NCBI GenBank assembly: GCA_976226885.1
Contig: OZ320313.1
Coordinates: 61,380,001 to 61,444,000 of the forward strand
DNA from: Iphione sp. A-MEVVRFRX5
Taxonomy: Eukaryota
Length of the DNA: 64,000 nucleotides
Direction of reading: 5' to 3'
In this document: one piece after another, positions 40,631-53,500 of the stretch
Layout of the letters: the number at the start of each line of letters is the position of its first letter
Position numbering within the stretch: the stretch's first letter is position 1
The notes under the pieces: generated by a model
What the model saw: the letters and a program-made list of their open reading frames with translations, nothing else
Told to the model about the DNA's origin: nothing
Databases searched by the model: none
Translations under genes and position numbers: made by a program

Positions 40631-41310
40631 GTTCATATAAGTGAAACAAGCTCTTCTGTTCCCAGATCACACTGGCCCCCTTTCAGATTACAGCTCTGTC
40701 AGCCACAGAAAACATGGGTACGTTGTGAGATTCCAATGATGAGGGGTTGACTCTAGAATTTACAATAACTGGACATGAGTATAATGTATACACATATAAA
40801 TGTGTGTATACATGCATGTAAACAAACGAAATATGAATACCCCGGTATATGATGCACAGATGTCCAAGTATTTATTGTCAAAAGTAAACTATACATCTTT
40901 GAACGCACCACGCAGTTATGATACCTTTCCAATGAAGCACACGAACTCTTAAAAGGCTTCAGGACATGTAAATTACATAATCCTTGAATACATTTCTCTA
41001 AGACAAAGTTTAGGAGAAAATAGCTCAGTTCAGAGGTCAAGGGATACCGGAGTCAAACAATACTTGAAGAGGAAGGGAGATACAAAGATAAAAAGCCAGT
41101 CGGATGCACGTAGGCGGTACTAAGGAACAGACGAGGCGGATATAGCCGAAACACAGAGGGGGGACTTACACAGAGAGAGTGGTGTGGTGACCACGATAGG
41201 TCATACGTGGGGAGGAAAGGAAATCTACTTGAAGGCAGCGAAGATAGAGGTGGAGGTGTTTTTTCATGAGGAGATCCAGAGCAAAACAAACCACCAACCC
41301 ATGATAGAAA

Positions 41311-41480
41311 GCTGTGGCGCCAAGCCTCCCGGCTGCCATCCTGATTAGATGAATGTCATCGGTGACTCTGGGGACTAGCCGACGTGGGGCGGACACAGCC
41401 CGACGGAGGCAATCCGTCTCCGGGCGTCGGCTAACCCCGGGACCTTCTGGACCTGTGCCACAGTCCCTTGGCGCGGCAGG
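41311..41480 (-). other. GC-rich multibranch stem-loop element
   Basis: 14-bp stem 41438-41425 / 41384-41371 enclosing two hairpins, itself enclosed by an 8-bp pairing 41317-41324 / 41467-41474. Confidence 0.5.
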
Positions 41481-42089
41481 CGACGATCCCTACGAGGAGT
41501 GAGACTCGTGGCTCAATCCCCCTCCACTGCCTTCAGCCGAAATCTACCGTCCTCTGTTGGCCCATACTTATACCTATCACCCACGCCCCATATTGTTCGA
41601 ATCATATATCACGCGCCTGTTGTCCCATCAGCTTGTATATATAGACTGTGCTTTTTTTGTCTAGCGCCATACACGTGACGATAAATGAATGCGTTTCATG
41701 TATGTAAGCCGATTTAGGCGGCAGTGTTATGCTAAGCGTAATATGGTACCTGCATCAATGTCAAAATACTCAGCAATTCCATTTAGGCTTCTACACAGGC
41801 ATAGCAGAATGCATGTACTCTGAAAACAGTAGTATGGGTATTGGTAGGGCATACTGCACCACTAAGTCACATGGTCCTCCCAGACGTACGGCGATTACGG
41901 CTAAGTTATGCATGTAGATATGCATGCCTAATTGCCATCAAATGCTTGCCTATTACCTACCTGTCATTTGGGAAATGGATTGTCTTTTTATGCAAATATA
42001 CCCTATCAAGAACATATTTTTCGTGCTCAAGTGGTTGATATTAGCTAACATACCATAACAACATGTCTGGTAGTAGAAATGGCTTTATC

Positions 42090-42560
42090 AATCGGTGGCC
42101 ATACCCTTTCCTAGCCCGCTTCTCCCCACTTTGGAATCTTCTGCCCACAATAGCATCAGCCCTCCCTTATCCGCTGTCACTGCCTTCACCGGGATCCCGC
42201 TTTGTCATCCCTCGAAGGAGGTCAGAGGCCGGCACGTGAGGCAGCATCCTGGCTGCGAGCTGCTCACTGCGCTGCCGAGCACCTCGAAGGAATTGGCATA
42301 AAGTTGCTCTTGTCTTATCCAGGAGAAAAAAAACCTGGGGAGGAATGCAGTGCCCCAGGCCAAGTCATGCCAGGGGATAGACATGGCATGCTAGAGTACC
42401 TGCTCCAGTAGCTGCAGCCTAGTCACGAGTTGCTCTTACTTGGTTCGTGAGCTGCTCAAAAGGCCACCACAGGGGTCCAGCGCAGATAGAGCCAGGTTTG
42501 AAGGCTAGGATGTTACCAGTGGACGGCTGCAAAGAGACTGAGGAGCTACTAGTCCTATAT
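42090..42560 (-). mobile_element. Possible RTE-like 5' UTR fragment
   Basis: GC-rich, non-coding, repeated gagcaactc/gagcagctc motifs; ends ggaaagggtatggccacc, similar to recalled RTE 5' UTR ends. Confidence 0.2.
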
Positions 42561-43583
42561 GTCCGTGATATCCACGCATGCCTATAGTTGTCTTAACTGG
42601 AGACGTGCAGGCGACGTCCTTCTAACGTCTGACGTTTCTAGCAAATATATTATATAGTAGATTGCACTGTAAAATATTTTCATCGTCTCTGAGCGTTGGC
42701 GAACCTCGGAGTGTCATCTACGCACAGTAAAATGATGATTGATGGGCGTGGGGTTTTGATTGGCTTCTTGCTGAAGTTTAAGCATACTGAAGCCATAAAC
42801 CTGTATTCCTGCTTGTTGATATATGTTGATATATATGATCATGTGACGAATCAGGGTCCGTACCATAATTTTGTTCCTGACGCGTACCTGTAAATACGTT
42901 ACTAGAAACAGTATTTACTTAATGCCGGCCAGGATGGCTTTATTCTAGGTCTTCAGCTCTGCACATTCATAAATCTGTATCACCTCTCGAAAATCCAACC
43001 ATAACTGAAACTATGTACCACAATGATGTATTTTTATAGCATCTCCAAAGGCATCTATAGAGACATAAGTGCTCTTTTTGACCTTGTCCCCCTTGAATTC
43101 TTAAAAATAGGATGATAGTTATCACCATATTATGCCCGAATAGGAAGCACCAAAAATATGGAATATGATCAACCGATTAGAAGGTAGCTACTATGCATCA
43201 CCAATAGGATTCACTCAGTGTATTCACTCTTTGCATTATGTAGATGCGACAACAGACTCATGAACAAACTTTAGCCCTTTGTTCTGGGCTCCCATAGTTT
43301 TCTAGTTGCACTGCGTGAACCTTCCCAAGTTGCACTGGGTAGCCCCTAACCACATCTACCTTCTATGATACTCCTCACATCAACTACATGTACCCTGATA
43401 ATGTGGACCCTGATAATGTGGACCAGGAAAGGTGGTGGTCTTTCCTGGTTTCCGGGATGAACTCGTGCGGCTGGTTGCCCACGCACAGCAACTACGTATT
43501 CTCTTAATATTTGTATGCATATGTCTTGAAGCACACCTGTGCACAAGTCATGTACATTTTTCTCTTGCCAAGAGATTGCTTAC

Positions 43584-43710
43584 GAGAAACCACTGATACT
43601 GTTGAACTCGGGTGCTAGCAGCAGTTTCATGGAATCCGTTTAGCTCGGCTGTTCCTGGCGCAATGCAGTCCTCAGGCATTCCAAAATTTTCTTCTTTGAA
43701 CCAGCCTTTT
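43584..43710 (-). CDS. Candidate internal exon (KGWFKEENFGMPEDCIAPGTAELNGFHETAASTRVQQYQWFL)
   Basis: aacacag acceptor, consensus gtaagc donor, 127 nt open frame; family unknown. Confidence 0.3.
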
Positions 43711-46700
43711 CTGTGTTACCCACGAATGTGCAACCAAAAGATAGGCCAGGGGATAATGATACTTCATGTTCACCATCACCAGGATCAATACTTTTAAGGT
43801 TATTTTCAGATTCAAAGAGGTCTCCTGGATGTTGTGAGTTGTGTCAAACCACTAGGTTAAAGATTAAGGGAGCTAATGCTCAGTTGTCGTGTGTGCATAT
43901 TTGCCGTCCGCATTTTCCAATATAGAACCTTCCGTCATGTATTTAGCAATTTCCTAGTAAACTGGGTCTTGAACCTACTTAAGAATTACAGATATGTTGT
44001 GAGAGGAAATATATGGCATACATACTATCATGGTACTCAGCAGCAAGTATTACAGCCAATGGAGAGCTGGAATTTAAGCTAGTTCTAGGATTTTAAAATG
44101 AATTAAAAAATCAAGTCCTCAAAGCAAGTACATTTAATCATATATCACATATTTCTAAAGATTTCCGTCATGCCAGCAATAAAGCACATGTGAAAGTTGC
44201 ACTTACGTTATAGAAATAAGATGAGCATGCAAGTTGCAAGGAATGTGAGTCTCACACAAGATAAGTGATAAGCTATCGTACAATTGAGTACACATGTAAA
44301 GAAGAAAATGGAGGCAGCACCATCACTGCAGATGCGCTGAGATGGGAATAAAACCAAGCATCCCTCCAATTTATAAGTAGATGAAGTGAAATGCGACCTG
44401 AATTGATTCGAGTTGATGGATAATTCTTATGCATTTCGAAAAGCAGCGAATGTTTTGGATGTTGAGAATGTGGCTGGAAACAAGTGAACCAGTCTCCACA
44501 ACGTAGCGAAGAGCTCTAAGGTATCGTCTGAAACAATGCACAAAAGTTTACACTAGAACAAGAAGATGATTTGGCAGTAATGTAACTCGACATGGGTTAA
44601 TCCAGTTACTATCTCAGGAAGGACATATTCCTCCAAGTAGCTTCAGTTGCAGACTGATTTTATTTGCCACACAGGGCCCATATTTATAGTCAGATATCAG
44701 CCACCTGCCCAACATGGCTGTGCAATATATTAACCAAGTTTAGAAGGAAAATGCCTCACATGTTCTAAAAAAAGACAAGGCTTACCTACAGTTTTGCAAC
44801 TTGGTGCTGTTAATAGATTGGCTACAGTGTTACAACTGGTTACTATAAATAATACACTCTGGGCCAATCAGGTGCCAAGAGAGGTTACCTCAGGTTCACA
44901 GTGTACACTTCACACGCAAGTATGGCTGTGGTACCACATCCCGTTACAGATCTTAGAGTTCACAGAGTATGGCTTCTATAAACACATGGCAGTGGTACTT
45001 TGATCACCTCCACAGTAAAAAGGGCGCCTACAGTCAGCAGTATGAGGAAATTCTAGGGAAAACAATATTGTTAGTTATATCTCAAGTGCTATGCATGAGT
45101 CCGACAAGATAAAATGTGATACTGATGAATATAAGTGTAAGTATGATGAGAAAGTTGTCAGTGTCATTAAATACCTGCCAATTGATTGTAATGTGTCTGA
45201 TATAAGCAGTATTATTTAAGGGCGAAGGGAGTTGTAAGATATTTGAAAAAAGTGTCACATTAAAATTTCCTGAAATGTGGATATCAGGGAGGGGCAAATG
45301 AGGCCTTACGATTTTGAACAAAATGTTCATGCCCGTGTTACAGATACAAAGCGAACTATCTTGTCACCAGCCCTAATATGGCCGACCCGCATTCAAACAC
45401 CAGTCATCCTATAACGCTCACGCTCCCCGTTGATAGGGTTCTACTGTAATTATCTTTTCGCAACGGTCAATATCAGATTCGGAATAAATCTTGTTGTTCA
45501 ACGAATTGAACCATCGAGAATATTGTCAACATCCTCTCATGATGAGTACCGCTGTTTAAGGACATATGACTGTCAAGTACCAGTTGACATCACCATTTCA
45601 GGGAAATACTCCATACGAAAAGTAAATGTATCTACATGCATATTTAAATCTGATGCAGCGTGTAGTGTTTGTGACAGTTACGTGAAGACTACATGACCTG
45701 GGATTATTGTCCGCTCTCAAGTCGTGCACTCATGTACAACGCATCAAAAGAAAAAAAGCAAGCAGTGCTTCATCAAAATCACATGGCATGCACCTTTAGG
45801 CACAACGCAGCGTAATTGTGGTGCTCTGCTTTTCTGTGGACTTAATGGCTAACGTTATTAAATGATAAAGGCTTTTATCCGTCCGCTTCTAGCGCCATTT
45901 ACGGACTACTTTCTGCGAGGTCGTGTTATACTGGTGATGATCGTAAATCAGCAATTGCGGCTTGCTTGTCCCCGCTTTCACCACTCACCTGTATAAAGGT
46001 TGAACATTGTCAGGGAGAAGGTGGGGGTGCCAGTGAGTATAATATGTACCGAAGCTTTGACACAGCAATCGTATTTTCACAATGCAATACTGGGGTATAA
46101 AACTCGATTGTAGCGTACTCCTTTGCTGTTGTCAGATTTCAGCTCACTCGCTCTCTCTCTCTCTCTTTTTCGGTCAATGCAATGTGCACGTCATTGCATC
46201 CGCTTCACAACAAACGTAAGGCATGTGCATTTCACCTGAGTGATATCAAGGCTAACACCGAGGACTAATTTTCATTATGGTAGCATCAGTACTATATACC
46301 TTTTTGTGGCAAAACGAGGACTAGCAGTCATTATATAGGAGCCATTACAAGCATCCTTATTAGTATCACTATCATCCAGTGCGGTAGCAATTTGTAGGAT
46401 GTCCTCCTCTAATGACTCAACCAACACAACCAATATATTGAGCTGCAAGGAAGAAAGCACTGTGATATCCCAGAACTGGACGTCAATGTTAGCAGGACTG
46501 TCTTGAACATGAGACGGGTCGTTAATTCCTCTCGGGTGATTATGGCATGTAGAAGCTTTATCATAGAGCAGCTTGTTCTGGCAGCAACATCAATAGGGCG
46601 AACTGAGGTAGGCCTTATGGCCTGTTAAAGATCCTAAGTGATGGAGGAGCTCGGCTAGAAATAAAGAGAGTGGGCCATAACAGATGGTAATAATGTGCTG

Positions 46701-48111
46701 GTTGTTTTTCCCTCGTTAATTCATTTATTCCAGTCCATCCCTCAACTACAACGGTCAGTCAGACCTGCCACCTCTACCTTATACCAATATATAAGCTGGG
46801 ATATGGGCTAGGTTTGTAAAATTTACCCCAGAAGGGGGTCATTATTTCACAAATCTAAACACACAATCATATGTCGGCTCTGTGACATACCAGGGCTCCT
46901 AGGTGGTAATATAATTATCATACAGCCAATCTTTTTTGCATGATATTTTGTGATAAAAGGAACCATATATCTTTGTACGAAGATATATATATAGATATAT
47001 ATACATGTATATTCTATAGCTGTTACCTACAGTCACCCTTAGATGGCTTTCAGTCTGATCCTGGAAGATATGATTGCTAGGCTTTATCATAAGCGCCTTT
47101 ATTAGCTCAGTAATGGAGACGTAGAAGTTAGATGCGCTCGTTTAGGAACCAGATTGATAACCCACATATCTTAATTCCTCTCTGTATAACCCAGGCGCTC
47201 ACCTTACGTCTGACAGATAGAACACCAAACAGAAACAATTCCTTATGCCTGCAGAGCGCGCCGTTTTATTCACCACTCCATTTGCCACAGCTTTTGGTAG
47301 GATACCGAGAAGCGCGTGTAAGCCTAATGAAACCTTGACTGAGATGACTGGCGCCAAAGCGACAAGTGCTCGCTAAACACCCGCCAACAGAGGAAATTAA
47401 GAGCAACATGGGCTGTGGAGGGGCTCTTGGCGCCGGACGAAGAGGCGAGCGCCTGGTGTCTTATGAGCTTGCTTGAGCTACTCTCCCAGGGGCTTTTGAG
47501 TTGCTCCGTTATTACTCCTTTTGTAGACCAGCGTTATTAAAGACCGGGAACGGCAGATTCATATTGTTATGATCGGGGATAATCGGCAATAAACCCCACC
47601 TTGGGACTTTCCCAAATGGGCACATTTTAAATGAATGACTCGATGTTGTGAAGGTGGCACTCGCCACGGGGTCTGCTGTGTCATTATTTTGAAGCCCACC
47701 AGTACATTTACATAGAATTTAGGCCACATGATCTAATCACAATTTAACAACAAGTTGTGCCCTTGACAAGTACGATCTTTCACTGTAAATGTACGACGAA
47801 ACAAATTATATACATTTAGATGTTGTATAATTACAGTGGAGCGTCTCTTGGCAGACACGTCCCTAATGCAGCCGCGTCCCAAATGTGTACAGTTGACGGT
47901 TCGTATTCCACAGTTAAGGTATATGACAAGACATCTATAATCAGGACACCAATTTTTGCTTGTAGTCCCTCTGTGGAGCAGTGTTGACACACATACCTTG
48001 GAGTCACTAGGGCTTTTTACAGGTCGACACAAATATCACACCTAGATTGGTTCTCAAAGAGGTTAATTCTACTTGATATTCAAGGTGTCAAATCTAGTAT
48101 ATGTGTGTGTG

Positions 48112-48350
48112 TGCGAATTGAAGTATATTTATGGAAATTATGCAGATATTTGTGGAAATTGAAGCAGATCTATGGACATTGTTCGTATTTTTTGTGGAAA
48201 CTGAAACATGTCTGTGGAATTTGTGTGGGTTTTGTGGAAACTGAAGCATATCGGTAGAAATTGTGTGCATATTTACAGAAATTGAAGAATACCTGTGGAG
48301 TTTGTGTGGATATTTGTTGAAATTGAAGCATATTGGTGGGAACTGTGCCT
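48112..48350. repeat. Degenerate minisatellite, ~41-bp unit (two ~20-bp subunits) x ~6
   Basis: ggaaa(t/c)tgaagc-type cores at 48154, 48196, 48236, 48277 and 48318. Confidence 0.85.
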
Positions 48351-50485
48351 TTTCTAAATAAATTATATGCAAACGTTATAATATTTCTCTGTTCTTTGTT
48401 ACACATGTATTGGCCACCAGACTCTGTTCCTATACTTCCGGCAGATCTCTGATGGGGCCACATCCCAAATGCTGAGAGTTGAGCTCAAAACGGAATGTAT
48501 CCATATTTCAGACGTTTTGTGTACTAATTCTTTTTATATAAAACACTCAAGACTACCATTTGTGTCAACACTGATGACAGTAGGATTCCCCTGTGAGAAA
48601 TATTCTTCCTATTTAGAGTAAAGAGAGTAACAAAGTGAAGGAGGCTCACTTTGTGGTTATTGCAGAGAAAAAGTATTTCTAGAACGAGCGAAAAGGTAAT
48701 TTTCAGTAAAGTCACCCCAAGAAAAATAGTCATCCCTGATTAGAGGCAGAGTTATAAGAATGAAACGTGAATTTATAATTAAAACTACCAACGATGGCTA
48801 TGAAGATGATATGTTTACTACGTCTACATACAATTACATGTAGCTTTATACTTTGCCATCAAGGTATTTAAAAAAAGTCAAGCAGTTTTTTTTTTAAATC
48901 TGGAATTAACGAACATCACATCTATACACGTGTCAAATGAGGTCACTCATTAATCTTTAGTTCTTTCAGTTGATGATATCTCAGGAAATGGCTGCAGCAG
49001 ATGTTCATCCTAACTTTAACCACCCCCACCCCCGAAGAAAATCAAAAATAAAAAAGATCTGTCAACGCAATAATGAAAGGAAGCTGCTATTATATATCGG
49101 TGTCATTAGCCTTCAGACGCTCATGCCAATGCCAAGTTTTCAGCGTCCCACTGCTCCGCTCTTTCCGTTCGTAACGCTTTGTTCATGGATGATCGTTATA
49201 CTGTCCAGAGTGAATATTTCATACGTGCATCCTGCCACGATATACCTGGTGTTATGGACAGCCACTACGGCAGCAGATTCGGAACGTTCCCCAGCAAGCG
49301 GATATAAAACATGCATGAGGTCTTAGCTCGGACTTAAGTGGTTTCGATTGTCCAGCAGCCTATTTTATATGAATATTACATCTAGTGAAGTTGTTAGTGA
49401 TGAACATGCGTGCATGTCACTATTATCTTTTTATTCAATGTTTGCGTTCTGGTTGTAATTGGTTCTTTCTAGGATTTACGTGTCACCTGAGGGTTGGTTA
49501 TTAGAGAGTATTTGTTCTAACTACGTATATATAAATATACTTGTATGAATGATATATTATATTCTAAGTCAGACACTTGACACAATTTATCTTACATGCA
49601 TAATTCTCCAAAGGTGAATTGAATTTTGTCGGTTGTTTTCATTCACAATTAAGCTACATGTTAAAAGGTCAAGCAAGATATAGGCTGCATAATCCCAGTT
49701 TGTTGTCGGCTAAAACAAAAGAGTTCCTCTACCTCACATTTCATTTGGCAAGACCTATTATTAGTTCTGTTCTCCCATTCCCGAAGAACACCTTTAGCTC
49801 CTGCATTCATTCCCCGCTTTTATTATATGAGGATCAGACTAAACAAAGTGCATTTTCACACTGAAACAGATAGATACTCAGAAGGCGTTGTTGTTTCTTT
49901 GATATATAATTAATGTACCTACTACATATCTTGAGATCTAACAGAGTTAACAAGATCCAGGAAAAAAAGTCGCATCTTTTATAAACATTTACTGTATTCA
50001 GCTCAATACATGGTGACTTGTTTTGCAATCCTTTGTACTCCTTCACTTTAAATACATTAAGCTGAAAATCGCATGAACACGAGATATGGTCAGTGGACAT
50101 GCCAGCATGTGTTTGCCCTGCGTATCGACTTTACGAAGAGTTTGCCTTCCATTTTACAGCCGTCTGGAACACTATGTTGCGTCAACACCATCCTCTTTTG
50201 ATAATGGTGAACTAGCCTCACATTGGAACTGTACCCTGTTTCAACTAATGTCTTTCATTGATAGGATATTAATAAATATTGCTTAGCTGTCAAGTATAAA
50301 GCCACATAATTCATGGAATCTTCCATGAAGATACATCAAAAGGTGGAACACTGCTTACGTGTTGGAAGGTCTTAGGACTCACATGTTATGCTATAGATGC
50401 TTTTTAAAAGTAAGATGTTTTCCGGGTAGCCTAATACCAGTCTATGGGCATATTCATTGATGGTCCCTTTCAAACTATTTTGCAG

Positions 50486-50542
50486 ATGTAGCCCATCCTC
50501 TACTGATCACAGAGGGAGAGAAGACACCTGCCTACTTGGAAG
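50486..50542 (+). CDS. Candidate phase 1-1 exon (xVAHPLLITEGEKTPAYLEx)
   Basis: ctattttgcag acceptor, AAG|gtaagt donor, 57 nt open. Confidence 0.4.
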
Positions 50543-53500
50543 GTAAGTCATAACACCTCACCACACCTGGCCAGGTAAAAACCACACCTTTTTAGTCATC
50601 TTCCCAAAGACCCAGGCGACGTCGTCCATCACAATTCTTCTTTCTTCATGGTTCATTGGCTGGTAACAACCCGCCTAACTTTTGGCGCCTGTATGCAGTA
50701 TCGCAACTTCTGTCAACATATCCTCATCCAGACAGGTAAGCCAGACAAAATTTGCCATAGAGTACGGGGGAAACAGCGCGGGCAGATATATCCAACAGGT
50801 GAGCACATAAAGCTATATCAAACAGTACATCTCTACGTTTGCCCTGGGTTTCTGCACGAATTTCCACCATGGATTATCAGAATGACCTTTTGGAGAGAAC
50901 TGCATCCAAATGTCCTCGCCAAGGTCGCATCTATGCCATATATAGATATCAACACGATACAAAATAAACGTTGCATCTGTACGTCAGCTGTTTGTCGCCA
51001 CGGTCATGAAATGAACGGACGTGAACGCTGTCTTTTCCTTGATCACTAGTTCTCTTTTTCGGTGCTCACATGAGCATGCAACGCCTGCTCTTGATCTTGT
51101 GATCGTTAAAAACTATCACGTTTAGAGAGTGCTGGTCTCTGCAAAGGGTAGCAGCAAGAGAGAAAGTGGAGAAAAAAATTACAGACCGTGCAAATCAAAG
51201 TCGTCCTCTGTACAGACGTCTCCTGGATCGATACACTGTATCAAGCATGTAATTAATATAAAGTTGGCTTTACTTGCCCGCTTAGATTTGAAGGGAAGCG
51301 TTGTCTGTCTTGGCATTCACTAGCTATTTACTCAAACGTACTGTTGCAGCCCCACGGAGTTTGGTATTTTTGAAAGTCAAGTCAGAGACACAATCCTCGC
51401 GTGACCACGCACATGGAGAAGTGTCCAGGGGTACATGAAGTACCTGGTCACTTACTTCTAATGAAACATGCCCATCGATCTGTATGTATTTTTGCACACA
51501 GCGAGACGTGAAATACACGTCAATCCAAGAGGTAATGGTCTTCCCATACCCAGATCTGTGGTACGTGATTCGTACATAATGTACCAATATAGTTCTCTCT
51601 CACCCCTATGGGGTTCTCTTTGTCTGTTGTCTACCTATTGTATGCATGGAAAGGCATTTCTATGACCTGCATAGCCATGCATATTTTTTCAGATCTGAAA
51701 ATGAGACTGCGCATTACTTAGGTACCCATGGAAAAACCACCTCAGTTTGAATATTATGCATTGGTGCACTGCAGATTTCTTGGCATACCTCAGGTTATTT
51801 ACGTGGAAAACATTGCACATTATTTGTTTTCCAACGATTTCGAAGCACAACTATCCTTAGCATCAACTCTTTAGTTGCGAGGGGGTTTGGTTTTGATTGC
51901 CTGTAATTAGAATGTTCGCGACAGGCCTCTTACCTAACAGTAACTGTCAATGTTTGTTTTTACACTCCAAAGTGCTTTATGAAGACAGGCGGTGATAATG
52001 CCTGTCACCTCAAAAGGTATAACTGAATTCTTCTTAAAAAAGGATACATGTTCTTGCTTTCGGTCTTATCATGTGTTGGGTACAGACTGCTTGAGAACAA
52101 TTTTGTTTTACTCCTTACTGCAGAAAACCTTATGGGTATGGCTGAAATCCTGGCAAAGAAGCTAGAGAAAACTCATAGGTACCTTCCATGATAGTTGGCC
52201 TCTCTATGTCTGCCTTGAAAGTTCATCCAATCTGGATGCTCGTCAAATGCCGGGTTGCTCCTAAGGAACACATAGTTGGCATCGTTTTATCTCCATACTA
52301 CCTTCCTGTGCATGGGAAACGCAGATAAAGATGTTTGGCATATAACCTTCTGTCATGAGACACGGAAAATCCAGAACAGTCTCTCCAGAAACATAATACT
52401 AAAAGGCAAATGAGTGGATATGATAGCTACGCTTATATTTCTGGTCGACATCACTGGCGACACATCTGTTAAATGTTTTCTTTTCTTTTCACGCCGATAC
52501 GTCTCCATCGAGGCATTTAAGTCAAACTCAATCCGATAGAGTCCTGAGAAGCTAGCTCATGGTACGTGCATGCGCTGTGAATTCACTTACTTTCATTTTT
52601 CTGAATATATATTATCTTGTTCCTATGGTTGCTTAAATTGGAAAGAGGACGATGGCTCAGGTTAATAAATTCGTGATGTGAACATAGCCGAACTGTAGTC
52701 CTGAACACTCCCACAGACATGGCCTGGTAATGTCTTTGCTTGTCCTTAAAAGGCTATATAGCTAACCACTGTGAACATTTGGAGGCCAGGGAAGGATAGT
52801 TGTCGAGTAAATCTTAACCCCACCAGACCGTCCCCTGTAACATTGGCGCAATGCTGACATTTCCATTAGCAAAAATGTTTCAAAACTGGCAAAAGGCTTT
52901 AACACTGAGCTCGGAGCAGGGCCGCAACACGGCCTGGCAATTCTCGATGGACTGTACGTATTAGGTCGAGTTGCACACGCCAGGGGCATAGTACAAAAAG
53001 GAAGGGAAATGGAGAGGGAAGTTCAAATGATTTTCCTGCAGATGTACATGTATATAGGATATCGAGTTTCCATATAGTCAGCATTGCATACCAATCACTC
53101 ATTGAGAGGCATGGCGGTAATTCCAAATTTAACTGCATACTCAGCTGATATAGTAATATGATTTAAGAAACAATACAGCAAGGTCTAACGTCTCTCACAC
53201 AATTGGCTTATAATCATTTTATTATTAATATAGTGTAAAACGCGCCAAAGGGACTTTATATGGACATAATTATACAGAACCCATCAGTTTATTACCTGTC
53301 ACACTAATTCCGTCCTAGGATTTTCACCACGCAACACTCTGACTGCCATTACCCTCTCAAACATAACCATCACCTATTGCCCCCGCGTCCACGTCCGTTA
53401 TCATTAGGGTGTGCACCTTGGTCCAGATCATAGTGAAGAACATCCAGTTGCAATCACGTGTGTTGTACGGGGACCACTAGATGTCAAGGCACCGGCATGA

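Noticed and set aside
45620-45696. STCIFKSDAACSVCDSY, TNFR-like cysteine spacing
   Set aside because: No suitable splice sites, an in-frame stop follows, and it overlaps low-complexity tacatgcat sequence.
37138-47612. Canonical NF-kB sites (GGAATTTCCC at 37138, GGGACTTTCC at 47603) near a TNFR-like exon
   Set aside because: A rough estimate gives a few such matches by chance in 64 kb on two strands; they are not clustered.
49130-49260. Minus-strand YIVAGC...RAEQW, THAP-like
   Set aside because: Needs a frameshift and lacks the conserved cysteines and the HF motif.
50648-51049. 133-aa plus ORF
   Set aside because: No domain; it runs across several splice-like sites and the implied introns (25-35 nt) are too short.
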